Shown here: in pieces, positions 1 through 13,000 of the stretch
How the letters are laid out: every line of letters starts with the position of its first letter
Numbering within the stretch: position 1 is the stretch's first letter
Assembly: GCF_001949145.1 (NCBI RefSeq)
Contig: NW_019091403.1
Span: 806,001-868,000, forward strand
DNA: 62,000 nt
Direction: 5' to 3'
Origin: Acanthaster planci
Lineage: Eukaryota
Made by a program: the position numbers and the translations under genes
Notes under the pieces: generated by a model
The model's database searches: none
Told to the model about the DNA's origin: nothing
Seen by the model: the letters and a program-made list of their open reading frames with translations, nothing else

Positions 1-501
1 AAGTTTAATCCGTGTTTTCGCCTCCCCTCCCTTCGTCTCGTCGTACTGACGCGGCTGTTCCCCGTCACGCCTTGCTGAGAGACTGTCCGACGCCGTCCTG
101 TAGTGTTGTGATTCTTGCCTTGTACTAGTTCCGGTCTTTTGTTCTTTCTTGGTTTTTAAAATTTATTTATTTATTTTTTACCGAGTGAAGCTTTTCTCTA
201 CTCAATATGATTCCGACATCGCTTTGATTTCTATGAAAGATGGGTAGCACGTCTCTCATTGAGCTTGGGCGCGCTTGGTATAACCCAGAATAGTTACGGA
301 ACAACTCAGACTAAGTTTAGCGGGGACTGTCGGTTAATGAATTTGGCAATGATGTCACATAATGCGGAATGTATTTACCCACCCCTGAATTGTTTTTAGT
401 GTTCTTTGCTAAAGATTAGGTCGTTTCATCTTGGCCGGATAGCAAGAATCGGTCGATGTATTGGCGTTTAGGGAATAGGCTTTTTTTTTCTCAGAGAGAC
501 G

Positions 502-857
502 AAATAATAATGAAAATTATAGGTTGTTGTAAAGCGCTTTGAACTAAGATCAAAGTGCTTTCCATTATTATTGCCCCAGCTCATTAGGCCCATGGGACAT
601 TCCAAATACCATCTCAGCTCCCTTGTGAGTATACAACTGGATGCTGCCATTTCGTTGCAAAGTGGCTAGATCAATCACAATAACCATCTCTGCCCTCACA
701 GGGTACCCAAATACATGTACTCCTGGATCGAGTGAGGCAATGAGTGACATAGCGCCTTGCCCAAGGAGGGCCCACGCACCACGACCCCCGGCTGGATTCG
801 AACCCACAACCTGCGGCTTTACCCCGCCAACTCTTAACTACAAGGCCATTGCGCTCC
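502..857 (-). mobile_element. tRNA-derived SINE with an L2-like 3' tail
   Basis: On the minus strand: A-box-like TGGCCTTGTAG, B-box GGTTCGAATCC (794-804), central ccttgggcaaggcgct...cctcactcgatccagga segment, and a tail aaagcgctttacaa...cattattattt. Confidence 0.8.
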
Positions 858-2419
858 ACTATGGACTCCAAAGCATATAGAAGCATTTCAAAGTCTGTTT
901 GTTTTTGATTCGTCAAACTTGATATTTTGTTCTGAAATGATTCCTTTTTCTTAACAAATGCACAGACATAGCAGTAAAAAGCCTCGGAGTTTTATGGCGT
1001 AAACAGTATGCATGTGTCTGGATTATAAACGCGCAAAATATCTCTTCCCTGTCATGCACGGGAAAATATCTTGGTTCCTTCATTTTACACACAAGGAGGT
1101 CTTCATAGGAAGCCCGTTTTATTCCGTTTCTATCAAATATGCTATGGTCCAATTCACTTGTTTTACAAAATCCTTTAGCCAGGCATTCCCGATGCAAAAT
1201 CTAAACTGCTTTCTGTGCCATCCTGGCCCGAGAATTCCTTTAAAACTGTGCGCAGTGTGTGTACTCTAGTGGCGCCACGCTGCGCGTTAGATACACACAC
1301 GCATGGCATTGACTTGACTGTCAATGGTCTTACGGCACGAGTCGTGAAGGCTTTGATCTGCCGACACAATGGCGGGCTCGCCTTTGATCTCTCGACCGTG
1401 AAAACAGCTACGTTCAAGCCAGTGTGGAAGAATAAAGGACCAGATGTAAATGGTCCTTTTGTCGTGACTTGTGGGCTGTGCTTTGTTGGCAGACAGAGAA
1501 AACAAGCACGGGAACATCGGGCACTTAGTGGATACAGTCATTGGTCTTGCTCTTTCCGATTGCATAAAGACGAGAAGAAGCCCATTGTTCTATTGATATA
1601 TACCTTTAGGCCCACCGGCGACAGATTTTTCAGCTGCTACGACAATGTCCGGTTCTTTGTTTTGGATTACCAACTTACTATTCCTGTTTTCTGTACTGTG
1701 ACTGAACTTAAAAATGTTTAAGTGATGGCGTGACGTACATGTACGTAAAAAAAAAACAAGAGGGCCTGACCTAAAGGAGACTCGCTCTAAAATGTAAAAC
1801 GACAAAGTGGCAGAGACTGAGCAGGCAAGGGAGCAACCTTACCGAATCAAGTTCATCGTAAAGATGTTAGACAGCAATAGTTGTCAAAACGAGGATTATT
1901 TGAATACCCAAGCAAAGGTTACCCTGATTAGTGGAAATTAATCAGATCTGAAGCTTTGCTTGATTCAGCAGTTATCTGGTAAGGTTTGCGGTGACCCCAA
2001 GTTGGAAAAATGCCTTTTGGAAGTACATTGTATGTTCCTAAGTGATGTGGTTAGTTCCTTTTGAAGACGGCCAGACTACGGCGTTTGAAACGTTGAGCTT
2101 AACCCCCTAGGGTGTAGGTAAAATCGTATTGAAATTGGAAGACTTGGGACTGTTAGGGTTAAACCACAGATTCTTCGCACAGGCACACTGGCTTGTCAAA
2201 AGAGAACGTTCCTAAACGGTGTCATAGCAAACGTTGCCAAAAAAACTACTGAAATGACCGAAGGGTATCACTGGACAGTGCGATAACGAGGGTCCACAAA
2301 TCACTTTGATTGGATATGGGGGGACTCTGCATAGGCTTGGAAACTACTACCTAAAACTGACAGATGTAATTGGAGGTCATAACCGAGTAATGTGGGCGCG
2401 GTAAACCCGAACGATTGCC

Positions 2420-2493
2420 CAGTGACGAGATGGGATTCGAACTCGGGCTGAGGTGAGATGGTTAAGGGGGTTGTCACTGCGTCAACTTGTCTC
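2420..2493 (-). mobile_element. Degenerate tRNA-like/SINE head
   Basis: Minus strand tgacgcagtga (A-box-like) followed by gagttcgaatccc (B-box, 2432-2444); no complete cloverleaf. Confidence 0.4.
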
Positions 2494-3215
2494 TATAATG
2501 TAATTCGACCACCAGAAATAGAAGCCATGACTGCGGTGGTGCAACGCTCAGGGACAGGTGGTACGCGCGCGTTACATGCCTTTTCGACCAACAGGGTGTC
2601 GTGATTTACCAAATGCACGCGCGCGTCAAGCTTAAGAATGTGCGTGTGAGTGTGGTGCCACCGCAGTTATGGCGTCTAATGGGATTACGCAGGACGGTGC
2701 ACCGTGCACGTAATAACCGACGACCTCCTCGTCAACCTGGGTGCCTTGATAGAGTACCTGTGCTTGCAATCTCTACGAAGTGTTTACAAGTTGGCGTAAG
2801 TCTTTGTACGTTTACGGTTGGGTAAAATAATGTGGCCTAAGACATCTAAGATAAGCCCGACACGAATTTCTATGTAGGCTACAGTCCAGTCTTCACGACC
2901 CTTAATTCTGAAAGATCAACTTTTCTGAAGAGATCAGTAAAATTCTAGGATGTCCTGGACCAAGATTATCTTTCATATTTTGCATAATTTTGCGAGGATT
3001 GTAAGTGATCGGGAAATGAAAAAAAGGACTTAACAGTCCCTCAACCTGACGTTTAAGATAATCTTTGTTCTATATTCAACACGCGGCGAAGTTCACGTTT
3101 CAACTTTGAATATAGGCAATGGTTGCACTCATATTTTTATCTGTTCTATCATAAAATTGACAGTACAAATCGACATTCGCTGTGAACAACATGTACCTCG
3201 TAGTGGTATTGCTTA

Positions 3216-3335
3216 GGCCGCGTCCGAATTACTTGGCTATGGCTTGTAATTACACACAACCCTATGGGAACTGGCTTCGGCCACTACCATAGCCCCTTGT
3301 GTAAGTTCAGGTCACAGCCAAGTAATTCGGACACG
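3216..3335. mobile_element. PIF/Harbinger-type MITE (~120 bp fold-back)
   Basis: Perfect 17-bp inverted repeat gtccgaattacttggct (3222-3238 / 3316-3332), extending imperfectly to ~38 bp; starts tta-GGCC and ends next to taa. Confidence 0.6.
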
Positions 3336-6300
3336 TAAGGATTTCTCCTAGTCCTGTGATACCGAATACAAGGACTTTTGTAAAGTAAAGTTCGCGCCTA
3401 CCACTATACAACCATCATCATATTTGCCCATACATTTACTCTGTTAATGAGCGGTAAAACGGCCCTTCGTCAAATCTCAGAGATCGATCTGGAGTGGTCT
3501 CTACAGCCGGCGTGTCAATACTTACCGGAGGTTGATGTGTGTATGCGATGTCAATACCAGCCGGGTCGATTGATGGGAAAACTCAAGGAGCAAAGTTGAT
3601 CAAACCCCACGCCTCGCAGACCAACCACCGTGCGTAGCCGCCGATGATCAACCGGTGATGTTATTTTTTCACAAACTTGCTTCAGCCAGCGAAGTTCCTC
3701 TTTTCTGAGAAATTTAACGTTTATGCCCAGTGATGCCGATTCCTTATCTGTGGACAGCTTATTCAATGAGGTCGTAAAAAGGTGCAGGCCTTCAAGTATA
3801 TAGAGAGGAGTTTGAGGTAGATTGAAGGTGGACTGATGGGTGAAAAGGCGACGCCGAAAGTGGAACAGATGCAGTTTTCTTGAGATGAGTGACCGACTGT
3901 TTGATGGTCGGATGCCGAATAATGAGCAGAAGTTTGGCGTTGAGTTTTGTTCGAGTCTTGCTGTCTTCGGAAACTTTTTTCTCTACTAGCGTGAGAAAAT
4001 GCGGTGATTTTTCCGGTTACACGTTCAGCTGACCATCCTCGTCAAGGGAAAGTTCGCTGTGTATGTCTCATGAAAGATCACTGACGACAAAGTGTTCGAG
4101 CTGATTGTTGGAAGTCACGTGTGATGTGAACGGGAAAGCGCCAGCCATCAGATCAAAGGAGGAAGCGGGATTGTGACAACTTTGACGTGAGGCCCAGTGC
4201 ATGCAGCAAGAGCCCTAGCTTACATGGCATGGGGCCGATCCGTTGAGGCTTTTGTCTGCGGGGTGGGTGTATTGGTGGCCGCACCACGGGCTGCAATGTA
4301 AACTGCGGCGAGATCAGAGGGAAACACAGCTCCTCTTAAAAACACAGGGGAGAAAAAAGTCCTGGGAGTGAGTGCGGTGCGCGTTGTGGACTTGTTGCAT
4401 ATTTATGACGATGATGCTATTAACAGCGAGGGGGTGATTGGCCCCAAACATTAAAGCCGATTTGAGTTCAGAGGCACCGACAACGCGGTGTGGGTGCAAC
4501 GCGCCCTAGTCGCGGGGCGGCGGGAGTTAGAACACCGCTAAATAATACGCATGCCGATGGTAATGCGCTGATTTCTTCCGGGGAAAAACATCCAGGATTG
4601 TGTTTCACATTTCATTCAGCAACTTTATGGAGTTACCGCCTCTCTTTAATTTTTGTTCTTCTCTTGATATTCTGCATGGCATACTCAAGGCGCCTTTCGT
4701 GCGAAAACAGATTAAACGGTACCAATGAATCAATAATCGATCTCCTCAGTATTCAGATACTGAGATGTCCTCAGATATCAGATATGTTAGAGTGCGGTTG
4801 CTGTTAAGTCTTTTTTTCTGTATTGATTTCCATTAGTAGCAAAGAATGTTTTTGAAGCATTCAGATGTGCAACTTTTAAGGTCATGTCGAAGTCAGACGA
4901 TTAATGTCGCAGTAGCATTGGAAGTATAGGTCTATTCAAAGGTAATCCGGCGGCTGTTTCTTGAGATAACCCATCATAAAAAATATTAAGTACATTTGTA
5001 CACCCACAAATTGCATTAAGAGGAACTAATGAACAATCGCTGTTTATAAGACCGGGCAGCCGTCGTGTCTGTGTGCAGACTCGTCAGGGGAACATGACAC
5101 ATTCAACCCCCTGATGTAATTGCCTTGGCACAAACCCTTTATCGGAATTTATGCTCTCTATTAGCGCGGCGCTGTGACCCTACATACGCCGCAACGGGGC
5201 TGGGGCATATCTAAACATTAGCGCGCGGTTGGGGCGCGGCTACCGCGCTTTCTGAGCCGGCGAGGTTGCCGGTTGGGGTCGAGACCAAGCCGGATCAGTG
5301 TGTGTTTATGTTTGTACTTGAGGAGGATTTCATCGTGGTTTAATGCCCTTTTGGTTCACTTCTCTGCCCCTAATTTCTTGCAGCATGTTGAATATGCCCA
5401 TCACAGGTTGCAGAAATTCTTCCAAGATGTTTGATTGCAATTTGACATTATAATCACTGCCAACTTGCGCTCGCTGCTTTGAGAAAAGTGACAACATAAT
5501 TTTCTACGCGATTTCTCAGGCCAGTTTTTGGCTTATTTGGCAATGAACAGATTGGTATGGACGTAGTCGTGTGCATCATACTAAGCGGGAAATTTACAGC
5601 AGGGTGCACCATACCTAGCTGTCGAACTGGAGCTAAGCGAACACTGATTGTAGTTACTGCTGATAACATCTTATGTAATGATGTCATTGCCTGCAACTTA
5701 ACGTGGACTTTGCTTTAAGGAAAAAAAAGACCTGTGGCGTATTTTTCAGACCTTCAGGAGAAGAATGTTGCATCAGTATTGTCTCCTAAACGCGCTTTGA
5801 AGCCTGCAACTTGCGCCAACAGTTCGCTTATGCACGAAATGTAACGTGCGCTGCGACCTCCGCAGTACCGTCCATGCCATGTAAAGTGTTTCGTTTGCAA
5901 TGAGAGACATTTGCAGTTGTAATGATGTAATTAGCTGTCTTCAGCTAAACTCGTGAAAGCTTTCACTTACAGGCTTAATGTTGAGACAGATATATATGCT
6001 CCGTTGAACTATGATTTATCAAGACATTTGGGCGTTGCGTACAAGCAGAAAACAGGTCTTTTTCTGTAATGTGACGCTATTGAACCTGAGGTTAGAGGTC
6101 AAATCCATTTCATTGTCTTATTAGTGCAATGAAACAAAGCAGCCTCTCTCACTAATTAATTTAGACTTTCCTGGAAGGGATCAAGACACGACAGATCTTT
6201 CAGGACCTCCGAAAGCTCTTGGTATATCGAGGGCAATCCATGGTTCCTCATTGTGTTCAGAGAAAAGTTGACCGTTGCCAGCAGGCCCCAATATCGGCCG

Positions 6301-7835
6301 CTCATCAGGCCAGTCACCGGGGTGAAGTGGGGCAATCGGCCAAGCGGCGTGTCTCGTGTGTCAGAGGAGTATGGTGTTTCTTGCTCGGGGGGATTCCGGC
6401 GATAATACCCGTGGTGTTGGCGGTGATGTTCCCCTGTTTCCCGGGGTAGAGGGCCGGCCACACCTCCCACACTTAGCGCCTTGAATTACACGCCCGCAAG
6501 GCGGCCGGTGTGAAGGCGGTTAAAAATAGAAAAGAACTTGAAACGCGGAGATTCACTCTCACTGTAGTGCATGAGAAACAGCTGCATCCTCTTTCTCAAA
6601 ATCTCTCTTCAACTTTGAACAAAGCTAACTGAAATAAGCTGTTGCTGTTCGAATGTCCGTTACAGAATGCTTAAATACTAACAAAAGCAATTCCCAATTT
6701 CTCTCTTTAGTGTCTCCCCAGTAGGTCGGAATTAAGGTTTTGGTGTTTTTATTTTTATTTTTGAATAATTTCCCATGGGACTTCTTTGAAAGAAGTCTTT
6801 AAACTCCAACAGCCCAAGCTTTCACAAGTCATATCCTGAGTGCAGTCATCATAGTTCCATATCTTGTTTCAGCTCTGCACGGATGCTGAGAATTGCACCC
6901 GAGACCGGTATCGCACCACTGAGTGCCAACGCCGACAGCTTTTTTGGCACCGGGTCGAAATCCCTTTGATGCCGGCTCGGGTTCGCGCTCCTCCGGCCAC
7001 CTCGGTGCCCATTTCGCCGATCGCAAAAATCTCACTTTGAGATTATTTGGGCCAATTCTTCGATAGGCCTTGCAATTATTAACAAACTAGCGTGGTTACC
7101 TTTGGATCATCGAAGCAAAATGCAAGGCCTTGTATTTTTTAGGCATTGCATTAGCATGGTCTTTCAACAAAGTTACAAATCAAAACCATGGTTTTATTTC
7201 TTTTGCTTGAACAGTTGTAAATTGCCGGTGATGAATGACTTGAAGTAATGGATAACTCACCGTTTGAGTTAAAACCCTGATTAAGCTCTTTTTTTCAAAA
7301 GCCTAGCGCCTCTGAGTGATTCTATAGCGGCCGGACTAAGACGCAGATTACGATTGAGTTGACCTACAAAATAGTAAAAAAAAATCACGAATTGGAAACA
7401 AAAAAGGGAATTTCATTTCCAACATCTAATGAATTTTGTATGTGGAGACCTTTGTAGCCACCTGCTTTTCCCAAACGAAAAAAAAAAGAAAGAACTTAGG
7501 CTTATACAGATTAAGATTTTGGAGATTCGCAGACTGAAGGCGCGGACTTGAGACTCTTTTGACCCACTAATTGCCGAAACTCATGGCGTCAGCCCCATGA
7601 AAATCCCCCGGATTTCCAACCAATTTGGAACCATCGATTCCCACATCGCATCTGTTCCGAAACCCAGATTCGAAAAAGCTGAGAAAAACATCCCACCACG
7701 ACTCTTCCTTCCCTGGTGCAGTTCGTGATGCATGTGGTAATTTTGGGGTCTCCGAACCAACACGTCAAAAAATTCCTCTTGTACCGCGCTTGATCGTTCT
7801 TTGATCCACGGTTGATGTGCCGCCCAGCACCGGGC

Positions 7836-8183
7836 TACGGGCCACGTCTGCGCCCGGTGAGCCTCGTAAAAAGTGAAATCTTAACTCCAGGGTCGTTACG
7901 TGTTATGACAAAAAAAATGAAATATTGACCAGATGTGAAATATAAACAAAGTATATAGTTGAATGGGAACCGGATTATTGTATTCTGGCGGTCATGAACC
8001 GTATCAAAGCAGACTTGCATCAGTCCACCGATGCTTCTTGTCAGATAAATTGGTAAAAGTTAGTACGGAAGCCCACAGGCTTCCCATTATAGCTGACGCC
8101 TGCCCGTCAGCACACGGCCACGTACTGACAACCGACAAAAACGAAAACCTCACTCCTTACAGTCGATTCAAACGTGGCCCGTA
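7836..8183. mobile_element. MITE-like element with TA termini (Tc1/mariner-like target)
   Basis: Perfect 12-bp inverted ends tacgggccacgt (7836-7847) / acgtggcccgta (8172-8183), with weak subterminal symmetry. Confidence 0.5.
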
Positions 8184-8744
8184 AAATATGCATACAAGAA
8201 AATCGAATCGCTTCAAACAACAAGTTCCAAAATCCGCGTCCAGTTAATTTACATAATTGGGGCAAATTCAGTCCATCCTGTCGAACACTGCAATCGTTTA
8301 CTGTCATCCATTCAATTAAAATCTGGTCGAAGTTAACGCGAATGGGTATCTTCCCAAATTGTTAAAGTAGATACTTTTTTCAATCAACTAAAATCCTATC
8401 TACGTTGCTGAATAAGACAAGACGTCGAGAACTCATTCATCAAAAAAACAAACTCCACTATACAAAAATAAATTAGAAAAAATCTAACTGTTTGACAATA
8501 TCTTTATATTTTATTTTTATTCAGTTGATTTGGGGAAAAATTTCTATACTACTCCCATGCATATCAATAAACAAACATTTGAAGAAATGACTGTTAAAAT
8601 ATATATATAAAGGGGCAGAAAATTCTCCATACCCACACTTTTGAATCATAAAACACAATTCTTGTCCAATGACATTCAACCGAAAGTGAAGAAAGCAACA
8701 TAAATATAATTCCATAAATTCTGAAATAAAATATTGAAAATACT

Positions 8745-8872
8745 TCCAAGAGTTTGCGACACGTTGGCCAAACACAGTGCGCTTAATCTGTTGACCAAGT
8801 GTGCGTTCAGAAAGGGTCGACAAATTTCGCGCGTTGTCCCTAACTCTTGGAGGCGCACTATTGTGAATCGCC
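8745..8872. repeat. Dispersed semi-palindromic repeat, copy 1
   Basis: Shares gagtttgcRacacgttggccaa, and in reverse gattcacaatagtgcgcctcc, with the copy at 19968-20092. Confidence 0.65.
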
Positions 8873-10037
8873 TGTATTCTCCCTTTTTATAGTTCAAAGA
8901 AAAAAAGAACCCGAAATAGGAACAAATATTTTGATTGGGCAAGTACAGAATAACACTGTCTGCTAGCTGATGGCAAGGCAGACATTTTTGACTGATTAAA
9001 GATCACGTGAAAACTAATTTGGAAAATGTGTGAAAACTTCTGCTATAGAATGTTTATGAACCAAATGTGTAACAGCAAAACAACATTCATTTTGATATCT
9101 CTCTCTCCTTTAATCTTAATAAGCTGCAGAGCAAAAAGGCCTTAATGGAAATAAGTCTATTTCAGTGACAAAACAACATAAAAAGTAAACTTCCCAAAGA
9201 TAAATGCATCATTTGACAAAACACATAACTTGTCAAAATACTTCCCAAATTTTTTGTCAGTCTGGTAAAACTGATCTTGATTTTTATTCAAATCAACACA
9301 GCTATCATCAAAGACAAGAGACTAAGTGGGAGGGTCACACTTTCCTATAAACTACCCGATGTAGCACTCAAGCATAAGCGAACAAATTTCAAACATGGTC
9401 AGTTTATCCACAGCAGCCTTGAATCTTTTAGTAGTGTACCACCTTTGGGGGCAATTTTTCTTTTTTGGGTATATTCTTTATGTAGAATATACGATGTAGT
9501 TTTCATACCTGCTGAAGTCTGGTCGTGTACCCTGTGCCCCACGTGCTTTCTTATGAGGTCTGCCATTGGTCAACAGGAAGAAATTCATGCTGCCATCAGC
9601 GACATGCAAATGCCCTCACTTGATTGTCATTTTATGTCAGGGCTGTGGCGCCCTCTATAGTTATATAGCAATTGCGAGCACTTTATAACCTCAGGCTGCA
9701 CCCAGAGCAAGGTCTTGGTCTTAACTCCATTGGAAATACACAGATAGGTGCTGATAACAGACGTAGCCAAAGCTCTGGAGTTCCCATATTGCACATAGCC
9801 TAAGATTGTACTGCAAGTGCAAAATTTTCCGCTATGCCACCTTCTGCATGACATCTGTCCTTTGTTGACCCATGAATCCTCCCCCCCCTCTGTCATGCTG
9901 GACACTCCCCCAAATACTGAGTACCAACAAGAACCATTATGATGAATGTGGCATGCAGTGTGTCAATAGTATCTTAAATGTCTTCCAACATCTTGCACCT
10001 GTGACTGCACATCTCCTGCTCCCTCTAACAGGTGTTT

Positions 10038-13000
10038 TTAAGACGGCTTGAAGTGCTTCTGAAGTGGTTCCCAACATTCATTGTACCTCTTATCCACCTT
10101 ATCACAGGTCAAGTTTCCCCATTTGGTGAGAGCCATGCTGAAGGAACTCTCAAACATAAATGCCTGGCAAAACAAAAAAATTGTAACATTACGAACTTTA
10201 TAATTGGCTGATTGGTTGACCGGCCCTAATGCTTGTAGTTGGCTGGATTCAAACCCATGACCCTTTGATCACTGCAGCAGGCAGTGCAAATTCATTTCTT
10301 ACCATGGTTCCGTCAGCCACACGTTGCGGTGTCAGTGCATCAGTGGAGGCCTTCTCAAAGCAGGCAGCATCTGGTCCATGGGGGGTCATCATGCTGTGTA
10401 GAGTCCCACCCCCTGCCTGGAACCCCTCTTCCTATGAATCAAACAAAAATGGGTTGGAAATGAAAGGATCTGAAGGTATCAGACTATTTGATGAAGGAGC
10501 AGAAACTTCTTTTGACCATGTTTTCAAGTATTTTGAAGGATTTGAGCAACTAAACAGTCCTGTAGCATTCTTTACAATTCTGAAACATAAAGTTAATTTC
10601 CTTTACACAGAGTAATTTTAATATACTCACACTGTATCTGTTGACATATAAAGAACATTTTATGGGAATTTGCAAAAGAAAAATCTTCCAAATGCCTTGG
10701 CAAATTTTTGCCCCCTTACATGTCTATTTCAAAACTCTTCTGTGAGGAAAAACTGACTTCTTAGAAAAAAAAATTAACTCACTGATATTTTCTGTTATTC
10801 TCTAGAGGGAAAAACAGTTTGGCTGAACCCTTAAATGCCACAAACAACACCATTGCGACTAACAGCTCTGAACAGCAGAGGATAATGGAGCAATAAAGCT
10901 AATCAAACAATCGTTGCCCTCCAAGGGCAAGACATTACGCACCATCACCATTGATGGAATGTGGAGATAAGCTGGCCAAAAGGGTCAGGGTACAGTTCTA
11001 AATTCAACAGCACCAAATAGCTAGAATTCCTATATTGGGCGCAATATTAAAACTGAAATACATCAAACGATGCCTGCAAATATCAAAACAACAAATTATG
11101 AAATTTCTTCACTTGGGTTTTATCACAGCTCACCTTTGCTTCATATCTGCCTTTGATAAGTCCCATGAACTCGCTCATGCAGTTGCCTATGAAATGTAAA
11201 AGACAAGTTTGACGTACAAAATCTAAAATAAGATGTACTCGCTCAATTAGATCATTGAGAAGGGTTTATTAGACTAATTTCTTCTTCAGCAAAGGTAAAA
11301 CTTAAAATTGGTTGGGGGGGGGGAAATCACACACATTCCATTGCCTTGGCTTTATGCATTCAAGTGACTTGTGGGGTAGACCATATTTGATGAAGTGGCT
11401 GTGGCTTACAATCACACACGAGTCTATGGGAAGTGGCAGCAGTCACTACCTAGTGGCTAGCCATATGCATGCATGCTGTTTCTAGCCATAGCTGAGTGAT
11501 TATGACGCAGCTGTTTGGAGTAATACTGACGGTGGTAGTAGGGCGGCCTGAAGGTGTGCTCCTGCACAGACCAACGTGGAGGGAAGATGACGAAGTCCGC
11601 GACAGCCACACCGGGCTTATTGGATTGACAGGTCAGGACGGTGAATATGGACGGGTCCTGTGGGTGAGCAAACAAGAGAGGCAATCGTGGGTGAATGCTT
11701 GTCTTCCATGTTCAAGACTACAGTTCCTGTCACAGTCACTGCATTCTGGAACAGTCACATACTTTAACCCCTTAAACGCCGGTAGACGGCAAACGCCGGT
11801 AGACGGCAAACGCCGGTAGACAGCAAACGCCGTTAGATGGCAAACGCCGCGGCTCTGTGGGAGGATTAGTGCTCTATTTCATCATGCACCTGCGGTTTCA
11901 ATGTGGGGCTACTGCTGGACAGGGCTTTGCATAATGGGCAGTCAAAAGAGTCCCGGCGTGAAGGGGTCAATCACAAGGTCATCAGGACTTCACAAATTAC
12001 CTTGTCATAAAAGAGACCTCAGATTATCTGTACTGGAAAATGAACGATTTGGGGATCTAACAGTTAGCTTGTTAGAAGCAGGATCGTGTATTAACAATGC
12101 TCTTGGCATTGCTGTTGGAATGGACTGGATGTTGCCTCCTTATGCTGTCCTTTGAGTGCTTGCATTTCATAAATTGAAAACGTTGACACGAGTTTTCTTT
12201 TTAGCTTTGCACTTACAGCATGATCGAATGCCACCGCATTGATCACCATGAAGTTATCCAGATCATACTTGTAGGGGCAGTAGTTACCATGCCAGGCCAC
12301 AACGTCAAACGGCGAGTGGTCCTGCTTGGCAGCGAAGAGTTTGCCCTGGTACTTAGAGATGACGGTGTAGTCACACAGACGGTCTTCATACCAGGCTGCT
12401 GGTGTTAGGAAGTCTCGAGGATTGGCGAGCCCATTAGCACCTAAAACAACAAAACAAAATGATCCAATCAAACTGTTTGCCAGGGAAATTGCCTAGATCC
12501 TTCAAGTCCTCTTGCACCCAAGGGCACATCTTTGTATTTCAACCTTCGAAGTGTCTCAAGCTCCTTATACAGTCAACCATAACTCAATTCTACCTTCCTA
12601 AATAGCTACGACAAATTCTCCAGAACCACTTCCTCAGTATAATATACCAGTTCATCTTTAGGAAGAAACCACCTGCATATTGATTGCAAAAATCGATATC
12701 AGTTTATAAAAATCAGCTACTTCCACTTTACCAATGGGTCCCAGGTCAGGGAGCGTGAAGTGACCACTGAAGATCTCCAAGATATAGCCGCGTGATGGCT
12801 CAGTCACCGCAATGCTGAATCGCATCCCTTGCTACAGAAATGTTATTAATAAGACTGTTGACACAGAAGCTGTAGCGTAAGTAAATGTATTTTTGAACAA
12901 AAAAATTTGATCTGCTATAAACAGTAAATACACATTTATATCATCTTTCCTTATTCAATTTTTTTTTTCCAAGAAGGAAATATGGGAAAGACGTTTCTGA

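Noticed and set aside
760..857. tRNA gene
   Set aside because: It has A/B boxes but no proper cloverleaf, and continues into a SINE body and tail. The same applies to 52628-52700.
3402..3420. let-7-like sequence (ctatacaacc) and a miR-71-like string at 234
   Set aside because: Only partial matches, with no full mature sequence and no precursor hairpin.
11774..11849. CRISPR-like array
   Set aside because: Head-to-tail tandem units without unique spacers, in eukaryotic context and with no cas genes. The same applies to 48074-48159.
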